DNA from: Polyangiales bacterium
Lineage (GTDB): Bacteria > Myxococcota_A > Polyangia > Polyangiales > Polyangiaceae
Length of the DNA stretch: 64,000 nt
Reading direction: 5' to 3'
Assembly (NCBI GenBank): GCA_038230375.1
Contig: JBBRNJ010000015.1
Span: 1-64,000 of the forward strand
The notes under the pieces are model-generated. The model did not search any database. It was not told the DNA's origin and worked only from the letters and a program-made list of their open reading frames with translations. A program made the translations under genes and the position numbers. Shown here one piece after another: positions 55,939-64,000 of this stretch (positions are counted from its first letter, which is position 1; each line of letters opens with the position of its first letter).

Positions 55939-57915
55939 TCAGCGCGTCGCTGAGGGCGGCACCACGTACGTGAGGCCTTTGCCAGATGCGCCCGGCGCGT
56001 CGGGCGTGCTCTGCGTGTCCTCTGCGATGTCGACGAGGTAGTTCGCCTGCACGGCGTCGAACGTCTGCACGGTGCCCTGCGCGTTGGGCCACTTCACCTC
56101 GAGCTTGTCGACCGCGCATGCGTCGCCAAGGCCGAACGTGAGGATCGTGTCGTGCTGCATGCCGAACGTGCCGTAGCCGCCGCTCACCTCTTGCACCTGG
56201 GTGACACCGCCCGCGGTGACGGACACGCGCGCACCGACACCCGCCGCGTTCGACGCGCCAAGGCCCGCGCCGTGCAACCGGATGCGGATCGAGTTGCGCG
56301 TGTCGCCCACGACGTTCTTGTAGACCTTCGCAGTGGGGGTCGTGGGGCAGTGCGCGTCACCGGCGCATCGCGCGCCGCTGGTGGCGACCACAAGATCCAG
56401 ATCGCCGTCACCATCGATGTCCACGGAGGTGTACGCGACGGCGTGGTAGTGCTTTGCGCCGGACTTGTCCTCCACGTTCTCGAACCCGCCATCCGCCTTC
56501 TGGTGGAAGAGCGAGCCGTAGGTCTCAGGGTAGTCGGACGAGCCAATGTAGATGTCTTTGCGTCCATCGTTGTCAAAGTCGAACGCGCCAACGACGATGT
56601 CACCCTCGTTCCAGCCGCTGATGGTGTGGTTGCGCTGGAGCGTGTCCGGCCCGTTCGGAAGGCGGGAAAAACCGAGCTTTCCGCTCTCCAGGCTATTCTT
56701 CAGGATCTGCGTCGTGTCCGCCGATTCGCCGATGTGCCAGTGCTTGATGCCGGCGTGGATGACATCCATGTCGCCGTCGTTGTCCAGGTCAGCGCACGCA
56801 GACGAGAAGTTGTTCCCGCCAAGGCGCGGCGCCTGATCATCCACGCCCGGCGTCCACGCGGTGTTGTCGCACGAGATGACGGGCTTCGGGACACTGGGGT
56901 CGCACGCGCCGGCGGTCATGCTGCAGTAGCAGCGGTAGAACTCGTTGTCGGCGTACTTCAGATCGTCGTCGGCAGCGAACGTGGTGCCGTAGCCGATCTC
57001 CTTGAAGGTGGCGCCGTCGTTCCGCCAGAGCTCGTTGTAGGCGCGCCCATAGGAGCTCACGATGATGTCGGGGTCGCCGTCGTTGTCCAGGTCGCATGTG
57101 GTTGCGCCATACGCGGGCTTACGGTTCTGACCAGACATCATCGCCGCGACGCCGCCGTCCGACGCGGGCCGCAGGAGCCCGGACGACTTGGAGAGATCGC
57201 TGAAGGCGCCCGTGCCGTCGCCCTTGTAGAGGTAGTTTCCGGCGCCCTCGTTGCCCGAGTACCACGTGGTGGCGAACAGATCGATCGCGCCGTCCCTGTC
57301 CATGTCGGCGAACGACGCGGCCGCGAACGGAAGCATGCGCGCGGACGGACCGCTGCGCGGCGCCATCGTGAAGTGCGCGTGCCCATCGTTGAGGAAGATC
57401 TCGCTGCGGTCGGTCTTGGCCTGCCCGACCGCGGTGCCGTCGGAATACACGCCCTCGTAGATGTCGATGTCACCGTCGTTGTCCACGTCGGCGAACACTG
57501 CCATGTGACCAAGCCGGCCCGTGCCGGCGCCGTCGCGCGAGTCGAGCAGGCCGCTCTCCTTCGTGGTGTCGACGAACGTGCCTCCCTTGTTCATGAACAC
57601 GCGGCGGAGCAGCGTCCCCTTCGTGAGATCGTCGCGCGCCTGGCCCGTGCCGTGGAACACCAGGTCCGGCAGCCCATCACCATCCAGATCGGCAGAGGAG
57701 ATGCGAATGCCGATGACGTCGGTGACGCCGACCGCGGCCGTGACCTCCTGGAAGTACGCGGTCTGCGGAAGGTCCGCGTGGGGCTTGCAGATCGCAGGCG
57801 GCGCCGCCGGGGACGCGGGGCCTCCGGGGCCGGTATCCGCGCTGGATTTGCAGCTGGGAAGAGCAAGGAGGGGGGCGAAGGCAAGGAGCGAAAGATGCGC
57901 GAGCCGCTTCTTCAT
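55939..57915 (-). CDS. CRTAC1-family lipoprotein (FG-GAP repeats + ASPIC/UnbV domain)
   Basis: Repeated DxDxDGxxD motifs; C-terminal GVGARVSV..QVQEV..FGLG..VKWP. Confidence 0.9.
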   Translation of the reverse strand: MKKRLAHLSLLAFAPLLALPSCKSSADTGPGGPASPAAPPAICKPHADLPQTAYFQEVTAAVGVTDVIGIRISSADLDGDGLPDLVFHGTGQARDDLTKGTLLRRVFMNKGGTFVDTTKESGLLDSRDGAGTGRLGHMAVFADVDNDGDIDIYEGVYSDGTAVGQAKTDRSEIFLNDGHAHFTMAPRSGPSARMLPFAAASFADMDRDGAIDLFATTWYSGNEGAGNYLYKGDGTGAFSDLSKSSGLLRPASDGGVAAMMSGQNRKPAYGATTCDLDNDGDPDIIVSSYGRAYNELWRNDGATFKEIGYGTTFAADDDLKYADNEFYRCYCSMTAGACDPSVPKPVISCDNTAWTPGVDDQAPRLGGNNFSSACADLDNDGDMDVIHAGIKHWHIGESADTTQILKNSLESGKLGFSRLPNGPDTLQRNHTISGWNEGDIVVGAFDFDNDGRKDIYIGSSDYPETYGSLFHQKADGGFENVEDKSGAKHYHAVAYTSVDIDGDGDLDLVVATSGARCAGDAHCPTTPTAKVYKNVVGDTRNSIRIRLHGAGLGASNAAGVGARVSVTAGGVTQVQEVSGGYGTFGMQHDTILTFGLGDACAVDKLEVKWPNAQGTVQTFDAVQANYLVDIAEDTQSTPDAPGASGKGLTYVVPPSATR

Positions 57916-58028
57916 GGCGGCTCTTCATGCCGCGGTCGTTTCCTGAACGCACCCGATAACTTCCGACACCGACGAGATGAGACGGAGCGCCCGACGACGC
58001 GGACGCGGCGCCACGAAACCCGGGGATT

Positions 58029-58832
58029 TCAGCCTCCCGCGATGAGCTGCTCGATCTCGATGGGCCCGGCGCAGACCGACGTGCCCTCGATGTGGAGACG
58101 CGTGCGCACCCGCGCCATGTGGCCGGCGCCCCGGTAGACCAGATCCGCGTGGTGGAAGTGGACCTCCCATGGTCCCTGCCCTGCCGCTGCTGCGGCGCAC
58201 GACCCGCGCAGGTTGTCCTTCACGCGCCGCATCCCGGCCATGATCGCGTCGCGCTCGTCCTTGCTCACCTCGTACGGCAGCGCGTCCAGATCTGCCTCTT
58301 CGAGCAGCGACGCCTGACACGGGCCCGCGAGTCCCGAAACGAACCCTTGCAGATCGGGGCCCAGCGGCCCGGAGAGGTCGGACAGCTTCGCGCGATTGTC
58401 GAACGGCACACGCATGCTGCCGGTCTGTCCCGTGAGCTCGACCCACGTCACCTTCTCGTTCGGGCCGGTGAGCGTGCGCCCGTCCACGAATGCGCCGCTC
58501 GACTCCTTGCCACCGGCAGAGAGCGACACCTTGAGCCCCGACATCACGAGCTGCGGCGCAGGGCCCAGGATCGCGAACTTGTCTCGCTCGCTCTTCTGCG
58601 TCGCACGGATGTCTGTCTTCGCGTCGGCGCACGTGAGCCATTGCGGAGGAGCCGCCCCCGCGAGGATCTCCTGCACCGAGCGGCCGAGAGCGACGGAGTA
58701 CTTGCCCATGGTCGCGACGGCGGCCGGTGGCGGGGGCGTTGCGGCCGGCTCCGAAGGCGGACCACACGCCGTCGCGCTCCCCGCCATCGCGACGAAGCCG
58801 ACCAGCGACATCATCTTGGCGGTGTGCCGCAT
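58029..58832 (-). CDS. Hypothetical lipoprotein
   Basis: Lipobox ATAC followed by a Pro linker; high GC3; start inferred. Confidence 0.65.
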   Translation of the reverse strand: MRHTAKMMSLVGFVAMAGSATACGPPSEPAATPPPPAAVATMGKYSVALGRSVQEILAGAAPPQWLTCADAKTDIRATQKSERDKFAILGPAPQLVMSGLKVSLSAGGKESSGAFVDGRTLTGPNEKVTWVELTGQTGSMRVPFDNRAKLSDLSGPLGPDLQGFVSGLAGPCQASLLEEADLDALPYEVSKDERDAIMAGMRRVKDNLRGSCAAAAAGQGPWEVHFHHADLVYRGAGHMARVRTRLHIEGTSVCAGPIEIEQLIAGG

Positions 58833-58888
58833 CGCGCGAGCATACAGCACGGCCGTCACAGCGCGTAAAAGAACCCAGGCCGCTTCCT

Positions 58889-58969
58889 CTAGGAGGAAGC
58901 GCGGTGTGCCAGGAAGAGAGCGGCGTACACCGTGATGATCACGAGCAGTGTTTCCAGCGTTCCGAGCAT
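58889..58969 (-). CDS. Small 26-aa single-TM peptide
   Basis: MLGTLETLLVIITVYAALFLAHRASS*, with strong SD AAAGGAG ending 5 nt before the ATG. Confidence 0.55.
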   Translation of the reverse strand: MLGTLETLLVIITVYAALFLAHRASS

Positions 58970-59085
58970 GTGCGCTCCTTTCGCTCGATACACTGGCGGT
59001 CGCCTGTGTCGAACATGCAAGGTGCACGCAAATGTTCGGGGAACTCCTGTCAATCCGCGTGGTCGGTGTAGCCCTTTCGCGTCCG

Positions 59086-60597
59086 TCACTCGACCATTCG
59101 CACGATCTGCAGGAAGTCGGTCGGCGGCACCACGGTGGTCGCGTAGTACTCCGTCGTGCCATCCACCGCGCTCGCGTTGCAGGCACCGCCCGACAGCGCG
59201 TAGACGGCAGCGGGCGTGGCGAGCTTGGCGCCGATGGTGACGGCGGCGACCTGGCCCAACGTGGTGGTGGTCGCGTGCGCCCATCCACCGGCAGTGGGCG
59301 CGGGGTTCGTGACGTAGCGCTGGAACGTGGGCTGCTTGCAGGTCGCATCCAGGAAGAGATTGATGTCGCCGTAGACCGCCTTGTCGAGCATGGGCAGGCA
59401 GCGCACGACGCCGTCCGTGGCCGGCGCTTGCCGGCAGACAGTGCTCTTCTCCGAGTCGTAGAAGTCGAGGATGGTGGCGAGCGTGCCCTTGTCGGTCACG
59501 AGCGTGTGCTGTTGCATGCGGCCCGAGCCCTGCTCCTTCACGGTGAGCGACGGGAGCTTGGAGAGCGGAAGCGCAGCGCCGGTCAAATAGTAGTTGGCGT
59601 ACACGTCGGTCGGGTCCGTATAGAGCTTGCAGTTCGCGGGCGTACCTTGGTGCACGGGCATGGCGACCTTGGCGCCGGGCTCGTAGAAGGTCAGGTCCAC
59701 GTTCCCGATGGTGGCGTCCAGGATCGCAGCGGGCGGCCGGGCGCACGTGCCCTGCTGGTCCGTCGGGTAGTAGGCGGCGCCCATGGTGCAGGCCGCGTCC
59801 GAGAAGAAGTTCTCCAGAAAGGCCACGCGCGTGGGCACGCAGTAGTAGCTGCCGGCCTTGTTCGCGAGCGACCAGCACGCGTCACCCTTGCGACCAAGGT
59901 CGATGAGCGTTCCATCCTGCCGCGACTGATCGTCGCCCACCCACTGGATGGCGGACACGGTGGTTCCCCGCGGGTCCGTGACGTCGGTCTCTGCGACGAA
60001 CGAGCTGGGCAGGACCTTCGCGCCGAGGTGCGAGTACGTTGTGTTCGGGTCGACGGTCGATGGGTTGCAGAGTCCGTCCACGCCCTTCGTGTAGACGGCC
60101 GCGGGCACGTACGTGGCGCCGATCGCGTAGAAATCGCGGGCCTTCCCGCACGTGAACGGACCGTACGGCTCGGGGACGTATTTCACCGTGGCCACGAGCG
60201 AGTTCGCGACCGCGGCCGCTGCGTTCATGCATGCCGCGTCGTCGTAGACGGAGCCGCCGTTGATCGGAAGGCAGCGCGTCATGCTGTCCGCCGCCAGGTC
60301 GTAGCTGCAGTCCACGTCGAGGGCCTTGTCGTGCCAGCCGATGAAGAGCTTCGCGCTGTCAGCCACGTCGAGGATCGCGCGGAGGCGTGTGCCGGACGTC
60401 CACGCGAGCCCGTTCGGCGCGTTGCCGCTGTCCTTGTTGTTGCCGCTGTCCTTGTTGTTGCCGCTGTCCGCGCTGGACGCGTCGGCCCCGCCCTCCGCGA
60501 GCCCGCCGTCCCCGCCGCCGTTGCCGGACGATGAGGAGCAGGCTGCGAACGTGACGACCGTGCCGACAGTGAGGGTGAGGATGAACGCGCGATCCAT
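59086..60597 (-). CDS. Cys-rich surface lipoprotein with three internal repeats
   Basis: Lipobox FAAC; DSGNNK linker repeats; repeated D..C..RCLP..(F/Y).DAAC units. Confidence 0.75.
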   Translation of the reverse strand: MDRAFILTLTVGTVVTFAACSSSSGNGGGDGGLAEGGADASSADSGNNKDSGNNKDSGNAPNGLAWTSGTRLRAILDVADSAKLFIGWHDKALDVDCSYDLAADSMTRCLPINGGSVYDDAACMNAAAAVANSLVATVKYVPEPYGPFTCGKARDFYAIGATYVPAAVYTKGVDGLCNPSTVDPNTTYSHLGAKVLPSSFVAETDVTDPRGTTVSAIQWVGDDQSRQDGTLIDLGRKGDACWSLANKAGSYYCVPTRVAFLENFFSDAACTMGAAYYPTDQQGTCARPPAAILDATIGNVDLTFYEPGAKVAMPVHQGTPANCKLYTDPTDVYANYYLTGAALPLSKLPSLTVKEQGSGRMQQHTLVTDKGTLATILDFYDSEKSTVCRQAPATDGVVRCLPMLDKAVYGDINLFLDATCKQPTFQRYVTNPAPTAGGWAHATTTTLGQVAAVTIGAKLATPAAVYALSGGACNASAVDGTTEYYATTVVPPTDFLQIVRMVE

Positions 60598-60661
60598 GGC
60601 GCCGGACTCTAGCAAGTGAGTGAGCCTTGTGCACGGCTCGCCGGCGTGGTCTACGCAGGTG

Positions 60662-61387
60662 ATGCAGCACAGACGGCCGCAGAAACCGGAGCTCCGCCTC
60701 CAGCCGACCACGCTCTGGGAGTACCCCTCCCAGCACTACGGCGAAGCCATGCAGGGCGACTCCAAGTACGTCGGCGCGACGCCTTCGTACATCGTGTGGA
60801 ACATGGTCCAGCGCTACACGAAGCCGGGCGAGCTCATCGTCGACCCGTTCTGCGGCTCGGGCACCACGCTCGACGTCGCGAAGGACACGGGGCGCAAGGC
60901 GCGCGGGTTCGACCTTGCGCCGGCGCGACCAGACGTCGAGAAGGGCGACGCACGCAGCCTGCCGCTCGAGAAGAACACCGTGAACCTGGTGTTCATGGAT
61001 CCGCCGTATGGCGATCACATCGACTACTCGACCGACCCCGCGTGCATCGGCAAGCTGTCCGCCTATCAGCCACAGTACTTCCGGGCGATGCACCGCGCGT
61101 TCAAGGAGGCACACCGCGTGCTCGTCCCGGGCGGCATCCTCGCGCTCTACGTGTGCGACTACTTCGAGAAGAAGAAGGGCTTCGCCCCGGTGGGATTCCA
61201 GCTGTTCTTGAGCATGGTGGAGATGTTCACGCCGAAGGACATCATCTCCGTGGTCCGCCACAACAAGAAGCTCGAGCAGGGAAATTTCAGAAAAGCGGCG
61301 GAGGAGGGGAACTTCTTCCTGCGAGGATTCAACTACCTCATGGTTGTGGAAAAGCCGCAGCCAGGCGAACGGGAGCGTCGCGCTTGA
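60662..61387 (+). CDS. Orphan SAM-dependent amino-methyltransferase (N6A/N4C DNA or Trm11-like RNA MTase)
   Basis: DPFCGSGTT (motif I) followed by DPPY (motif IV); no adjacent nuclease. Confidence 0.82.
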   Translation: MQHRRPQKPELRLQPTTLWEYPSQHYGEAMQGDSKYVGATPSYIVWNMVQRYTKPGELIVDPFCGSGTTLDVAKDTGRKARGFDLAPARPDVEKGDARSLPLEKNTVNLVFMDPPYGDHIDYSTDPACIGKLSAYQPQYFRAMHRAFKEAHRVLVPGGILALYVCDYFEKKKGFAPVGFQLFLSMVEMFTPKDIISVVRHNKKLEQGNFRKAAEEGNFFLRGFNYLMVVEKPQPGERERRA

Positions 61388-61448
61388 CCAGCGCGCCCTC
61401 GGTTCACGAGCCCCGTCCATCCCAAGGATGGGCGCTCGCACGGGTTCC

Positions 61449-62270
61449 ATGCTGGTGAGACGCCGAATTCGGGGGGCTTTTCTCGGTGCGCTTGGTGCGG
61501 GCCTGACGCTCGTCGCGTGCGCGGGCACGGCCGGCGGGCCTCCTGCCCGTGAGGTCGTCCCTGCGGAGATCGTGACCGTGGCACCCGCCCCGCCGAAGGA
61601 CGAGGAGCCGCGTCCCGCGCCCATCGCGAAGAAGCCCATCACCGCAGAGCCGGTCGTACCGGACGAGTCGATGTTCCCCGCCGCGTGGCGCTCGCCGCGG
61701 CCGACCACGTCCTTCGCGGACGAAGTGACGATCGCGCGCGCGCTGCGGACGCAGGTGCGGTCGATGTCGCGAGCGTCGCGTTACGCGCGGCTCAATGGCG
61801 ATGCGGGGATCGACAATGCCTCGCTCGCGTGGCTGTCGAAGCTGCTCGAGCTGCGTGAGCGGGCGGACCGCGCGTATGCGAGCGCGTGGATCGCGCAGGA
61901 CGCCACGCCCGAGGGCAAGGTCGAGGTGCTCTCCGAAGCAACCACGCTGGCCCAGGAGCTCCGCGCGACGCTGGAGAGCGCGGGCTACCAGGAGATCCCC
62001 GCGGCCTGGAAGGCGGATCCCATGCTGCACGCCACATTCGAGGACATCGCCCACGGCCCCGTGCGCCGCCTGGGCGAAGAATCACGCGCGCTCGCATTCT
62101 TCTGCGTGGCGTCGGCAGATCGCGATCACGTGAGAGGACGCGCCGCGGACAGCTGCAGGCGAGCGGCGGGACCAACGCCCGCGGCACCGGAGAAGGCGAG
62201 CGGCGAGGACAAGGGCTGCGCGTGCGCGAAGGGGGATCCGCTGTGCACGACGAGTGACTGGTGCAAGTAG
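61449..62270 (+). CDS. Hypothetical lipoprotein with a C-terminal CxCxxGDPLC motif
   Basis: Lipobox LVAC; helical core; ends CACAKGDPLCTTSDWCK. Confidence 0.65.
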   Translation: MLVRRRIRGAFLGALGAGLTLVACAGTAGGPPAREVVPAEIVTVAPAPPKDEEPRPAPIAKKPITAEPVVPDESMFPAAWRSPRPTTSFADEVTIARALRTQVRSMSRASRYARLNGDAGIDNASLAWLSKLLELRERADRAYASAWIAQDATPEGKVEVLSEATTLAQELRATLESAGYQEIPAAWKADPMLHATFEDIAHGPVRRLGEESRALAFFCVASADRDHVRGRAADSCRRAAGPTPAAPEKASGEDKGCACAKGDPLCTTSDWCK

Positions 62271-62282
62271 CGGCGTAGAGGA

Positions 62283-62352
62283 CTCGACCTCGACCTCGAC
62301 CTCGACCTCGACCTCGACCTCGACTTCGACCTCGACCCCAACCTCGACCTCG
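62283..62352 (+). repeat. Hexamer tandem repeat (CTCGAC)x11, reverse complement of the 17.1-kb repeat
   Basis: Read directly; two variant units. Confidence 0.95.
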
Positions 62353-62370
62353 TGCTCTTTTGCGTGGATC

Positions 62371-63165
62371 ATGTCGAAGCGCTCGTACCAGCCGCCGCGG
62401 AAGGAACCTCGCGGCGCCACCCCAGCTGGCCGTGGCGGTGAGGAGCTCGTGTATGGGCTTCGGGCTTCGCTTGCGGTGCTCACGGTGCGTCCAAAGGACA
62501 TTCTTCGTGTCGCGGCGAGCCCTGCATTGCGCACGGAGCTCACGGCGCTGTCCGCGTGGGCTTCGCGAATGGGTGTATCTTACACGGAGATGGATGACCG
62601 GGCGCTGTCGCGTGCCGCAGACTCGGAGCATCACGAGGGTGTCTGTCTGGAGACGCGACCGCGCACGTGGACCACCCCGGCGGCGCTGCTAGATCTGCTG
62701 CTCTCCACCAAGGGATGCGCGCTCGCGCTCGACCGCGTCAGGAATCCGTACAACACCGGCGCGATCCTCCGCACAGCGGGTTTCTTCGGCCTTCCCGCGG
62801 TGCTGCTCGGCGCGCAGGCGCCTCACCCCGCGCTCTCGCCGCAGGCGGTGCGTGTCGCAGAGGGTGGCGCAGAGCATCTGCGGCTGTGTCGCACGACGGA
62901 TCTGGGCGACACGCTCTCGCGCCTGCGAGCCCGTGGGGTACGTGTGCTCGGCGCCGACGGCGGTGTCCGCGACGACGTGCGAAAGAAGGACCTGTCAGGT
63001 CCGCTGGTCATCGTGATGGGCAACGAGCGCGAGGGCCTGTTGCCCCGAGTCCGCGAGCAGTGCGACGGCATCGTCTCACTCGTAGGAACGGGCGCCGTCG
63101 AGTCCCTGAACGTCTCGATAGCCGCAAGCCTCCTCATCCAGCAGGCGCTGAATCATGCCCGCTGA
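62371..63165 (+). CDS. TrmH/SpoU-family RNA 2'-O-methyltransferase
   Basis: LDRVRNPYNTGAILRT, VMGNEREG, VESLNVSIA. Confidence 0.93.
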   Translation: MSKRSYQPPRKEPRGATPAGRGGEELVYGLRASLAVLTVRPKDILRVAASPALRTELTALSAWASRMGVSYTEMDDRALSRAADSEHHEGVCLETRPRTWTTPAALLDLLLSTKGCALALDRVRNPYNTGAILRTAGFFGLPAVLLGAQAPHPALSPQAVRVAEGGAEHLRLCRTTDLGDTLSRLRARGVRVLGADGGVRDDVRKKDLSGPLVIVMGNEREGLLPRVREQCDGIVSLVGTGAVESLNVSIAASLLIQQALNHAR

Positions 63166-64000
63166 TCATTCCAGCGGGCACTCGGGTTTGTAGTGACGGT
63201 GGCCCTGGGCATCCAGCGTGAAGGGTGGATCGCACGAGGGCTTCTTGGCGCTGGGTAGCGGCCAGACGGGGTGAAGCACCGGGGCGGCTGTCCAGCCGGT
63301 GCTCGCGCCACTTGCACTCGCGCCTGGAGCACCGCTCGCCGTGGGCGACGCGCTCGTGACCGACTGCGCGGACGGGTTCTCGGCTGGCGCGGCGGACGGC
63401 AACGCGCTCGCGCTGCTGGATGCGCTGCCGAACGGCATGCCCGCGCCTGAGCCAGCGCCCTCAGGCAGCGTGATCCCCGTGGGCGGTGAGGGGGTCGACG
63501 GAATACTGGAGGGGTTGACCGGCGACCCATCGCCTTCGCTCTTGGTGTGCAGGATCGCAAAGATGAGGAGGCCCACGCCTGAGAGCGCAACAATCAGGAG
63601 CAGGAGCGCGAGCAGCCACGCCTTCGTGTTGCTCTGCGGGGGCACGCCATAAAGGGCGCCGCTTCGAGAGCCAGTGCCGGGGCTCGAGAGCTCCGCGAGC
63701 TCCACTTCGTAGCTCGCCTGACCTGGGGTGCCGACGTTGAAGTGACCGGACTGTGGGCGCGCGGGAAACGCCGCAGGCGGCGGGTCCGTGCGCGTTGGCT
63801 GAAGGCCGGCGGACGCGCGCTCCATGTGCTCGATGTACGCGGAGCGGGTCGCGAGCTCGGTCTTGGAGAGTGACTCCACCCAGTCGCCGATCTCGCTCGG
63901 GCTCGCGACGCCCACGGTCTTCTCGAGCGCTATGGCCATCTCCTTCGCGGTTGCGAAGCGCCCATCCGGAACGGGTGCGAGCGCGCGCACCACGATCGCA
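63166..64000 (-). CDS. C-terminal part of a Ser/Thr kinase (TM + Ser/Pro linker + CDPPF..KPEC tail); partial
   Basis: RALAPVPDGRFATAKEM (kinase subdomain XI-like), TM helix, Cys-flanked C-terminal motif. Confidence 0.8.
   Translation of the reverse strand, partial: AIVVRALAPVPDGRFATAKEMAIALEKTVGVASPSEIGDWVESLSKTELATRSAYIEHMERASAGLQPTRTDPPPAAFPARPQSGHFNVGTPGQASYEVELAELSSPGTGSRSGALYGVPPQSNTKAWLLALLLLIVALSGVGLLIFAILHTKSEGDGSPVNPSSIPSTPSPPTGITLPEGAGSGAGMPFGSASSSASALPSAAPAENPSAQSVTSASPTASGAPGASASGASTGWTAAPVLHPVWPLPSAKKPSCDPPFTLDAQGHRHYKPECPLE

Noticed and set aside
1..64000. Prophage, IS elements, tRNA/rRNA, NRPS/PKS cluster or known defence system
   Set aside because: No integrase, transposase, phage structural, synthase or RNA-gene signatures recognised.

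Overview
GC-rich (roughly 65-70% by eye), gene-dense chromosomal segment of about 50 genes. It most resembles a Myxococcota (Polyangiaceae-like) genome: five Hanks-type Ser/Thr kinases, many Cys-rich lipoproteins with DAG/DGG linkers, orphan ExbD-like genes and a TonB-fused receptor. It encodes transporters (Kup, AmtB, a 2TM/RCK channel, a TonB-dependent receptor operon), lipid metabolism (desaturase, FadN/thiolase, an alkylglycerone-phosphate-synthase-like flavoenzyme plus acyltransferase), two different ferritin-like di-iron enzyme loci, an Fpg paralog, LemA/TPM, LOG/HD, an orphan amino-methyltransferase and TrmH. I saw no rRNA, tRNA, CRISPR array, transposase or integrase. The first ~0.9 kb looks chimeric, with unrelated gene fragments joined at GATC sites. 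Most notable: (1) a composite intergenic element at 25.0-25.4 kb made of two ~145-bp palindromes with shuffled shared modules, each overlapping a stop codon; (2) a recurring mirror-image base skew around several intergenic repeat sites; (3) a repeat-containing Cys/His lipoprotein translationally coupled to a di-iron enzyme; (4) a di-iron oxygenase/ferredoxin-reductase pair; (5) a channel with a non-canonical filter; (6) a stand-alone degenerate HisKA_2 protein; (7) an unannotated 26-aa membrane peptide. All calls come from motif recognition by eye; no database searches were run.
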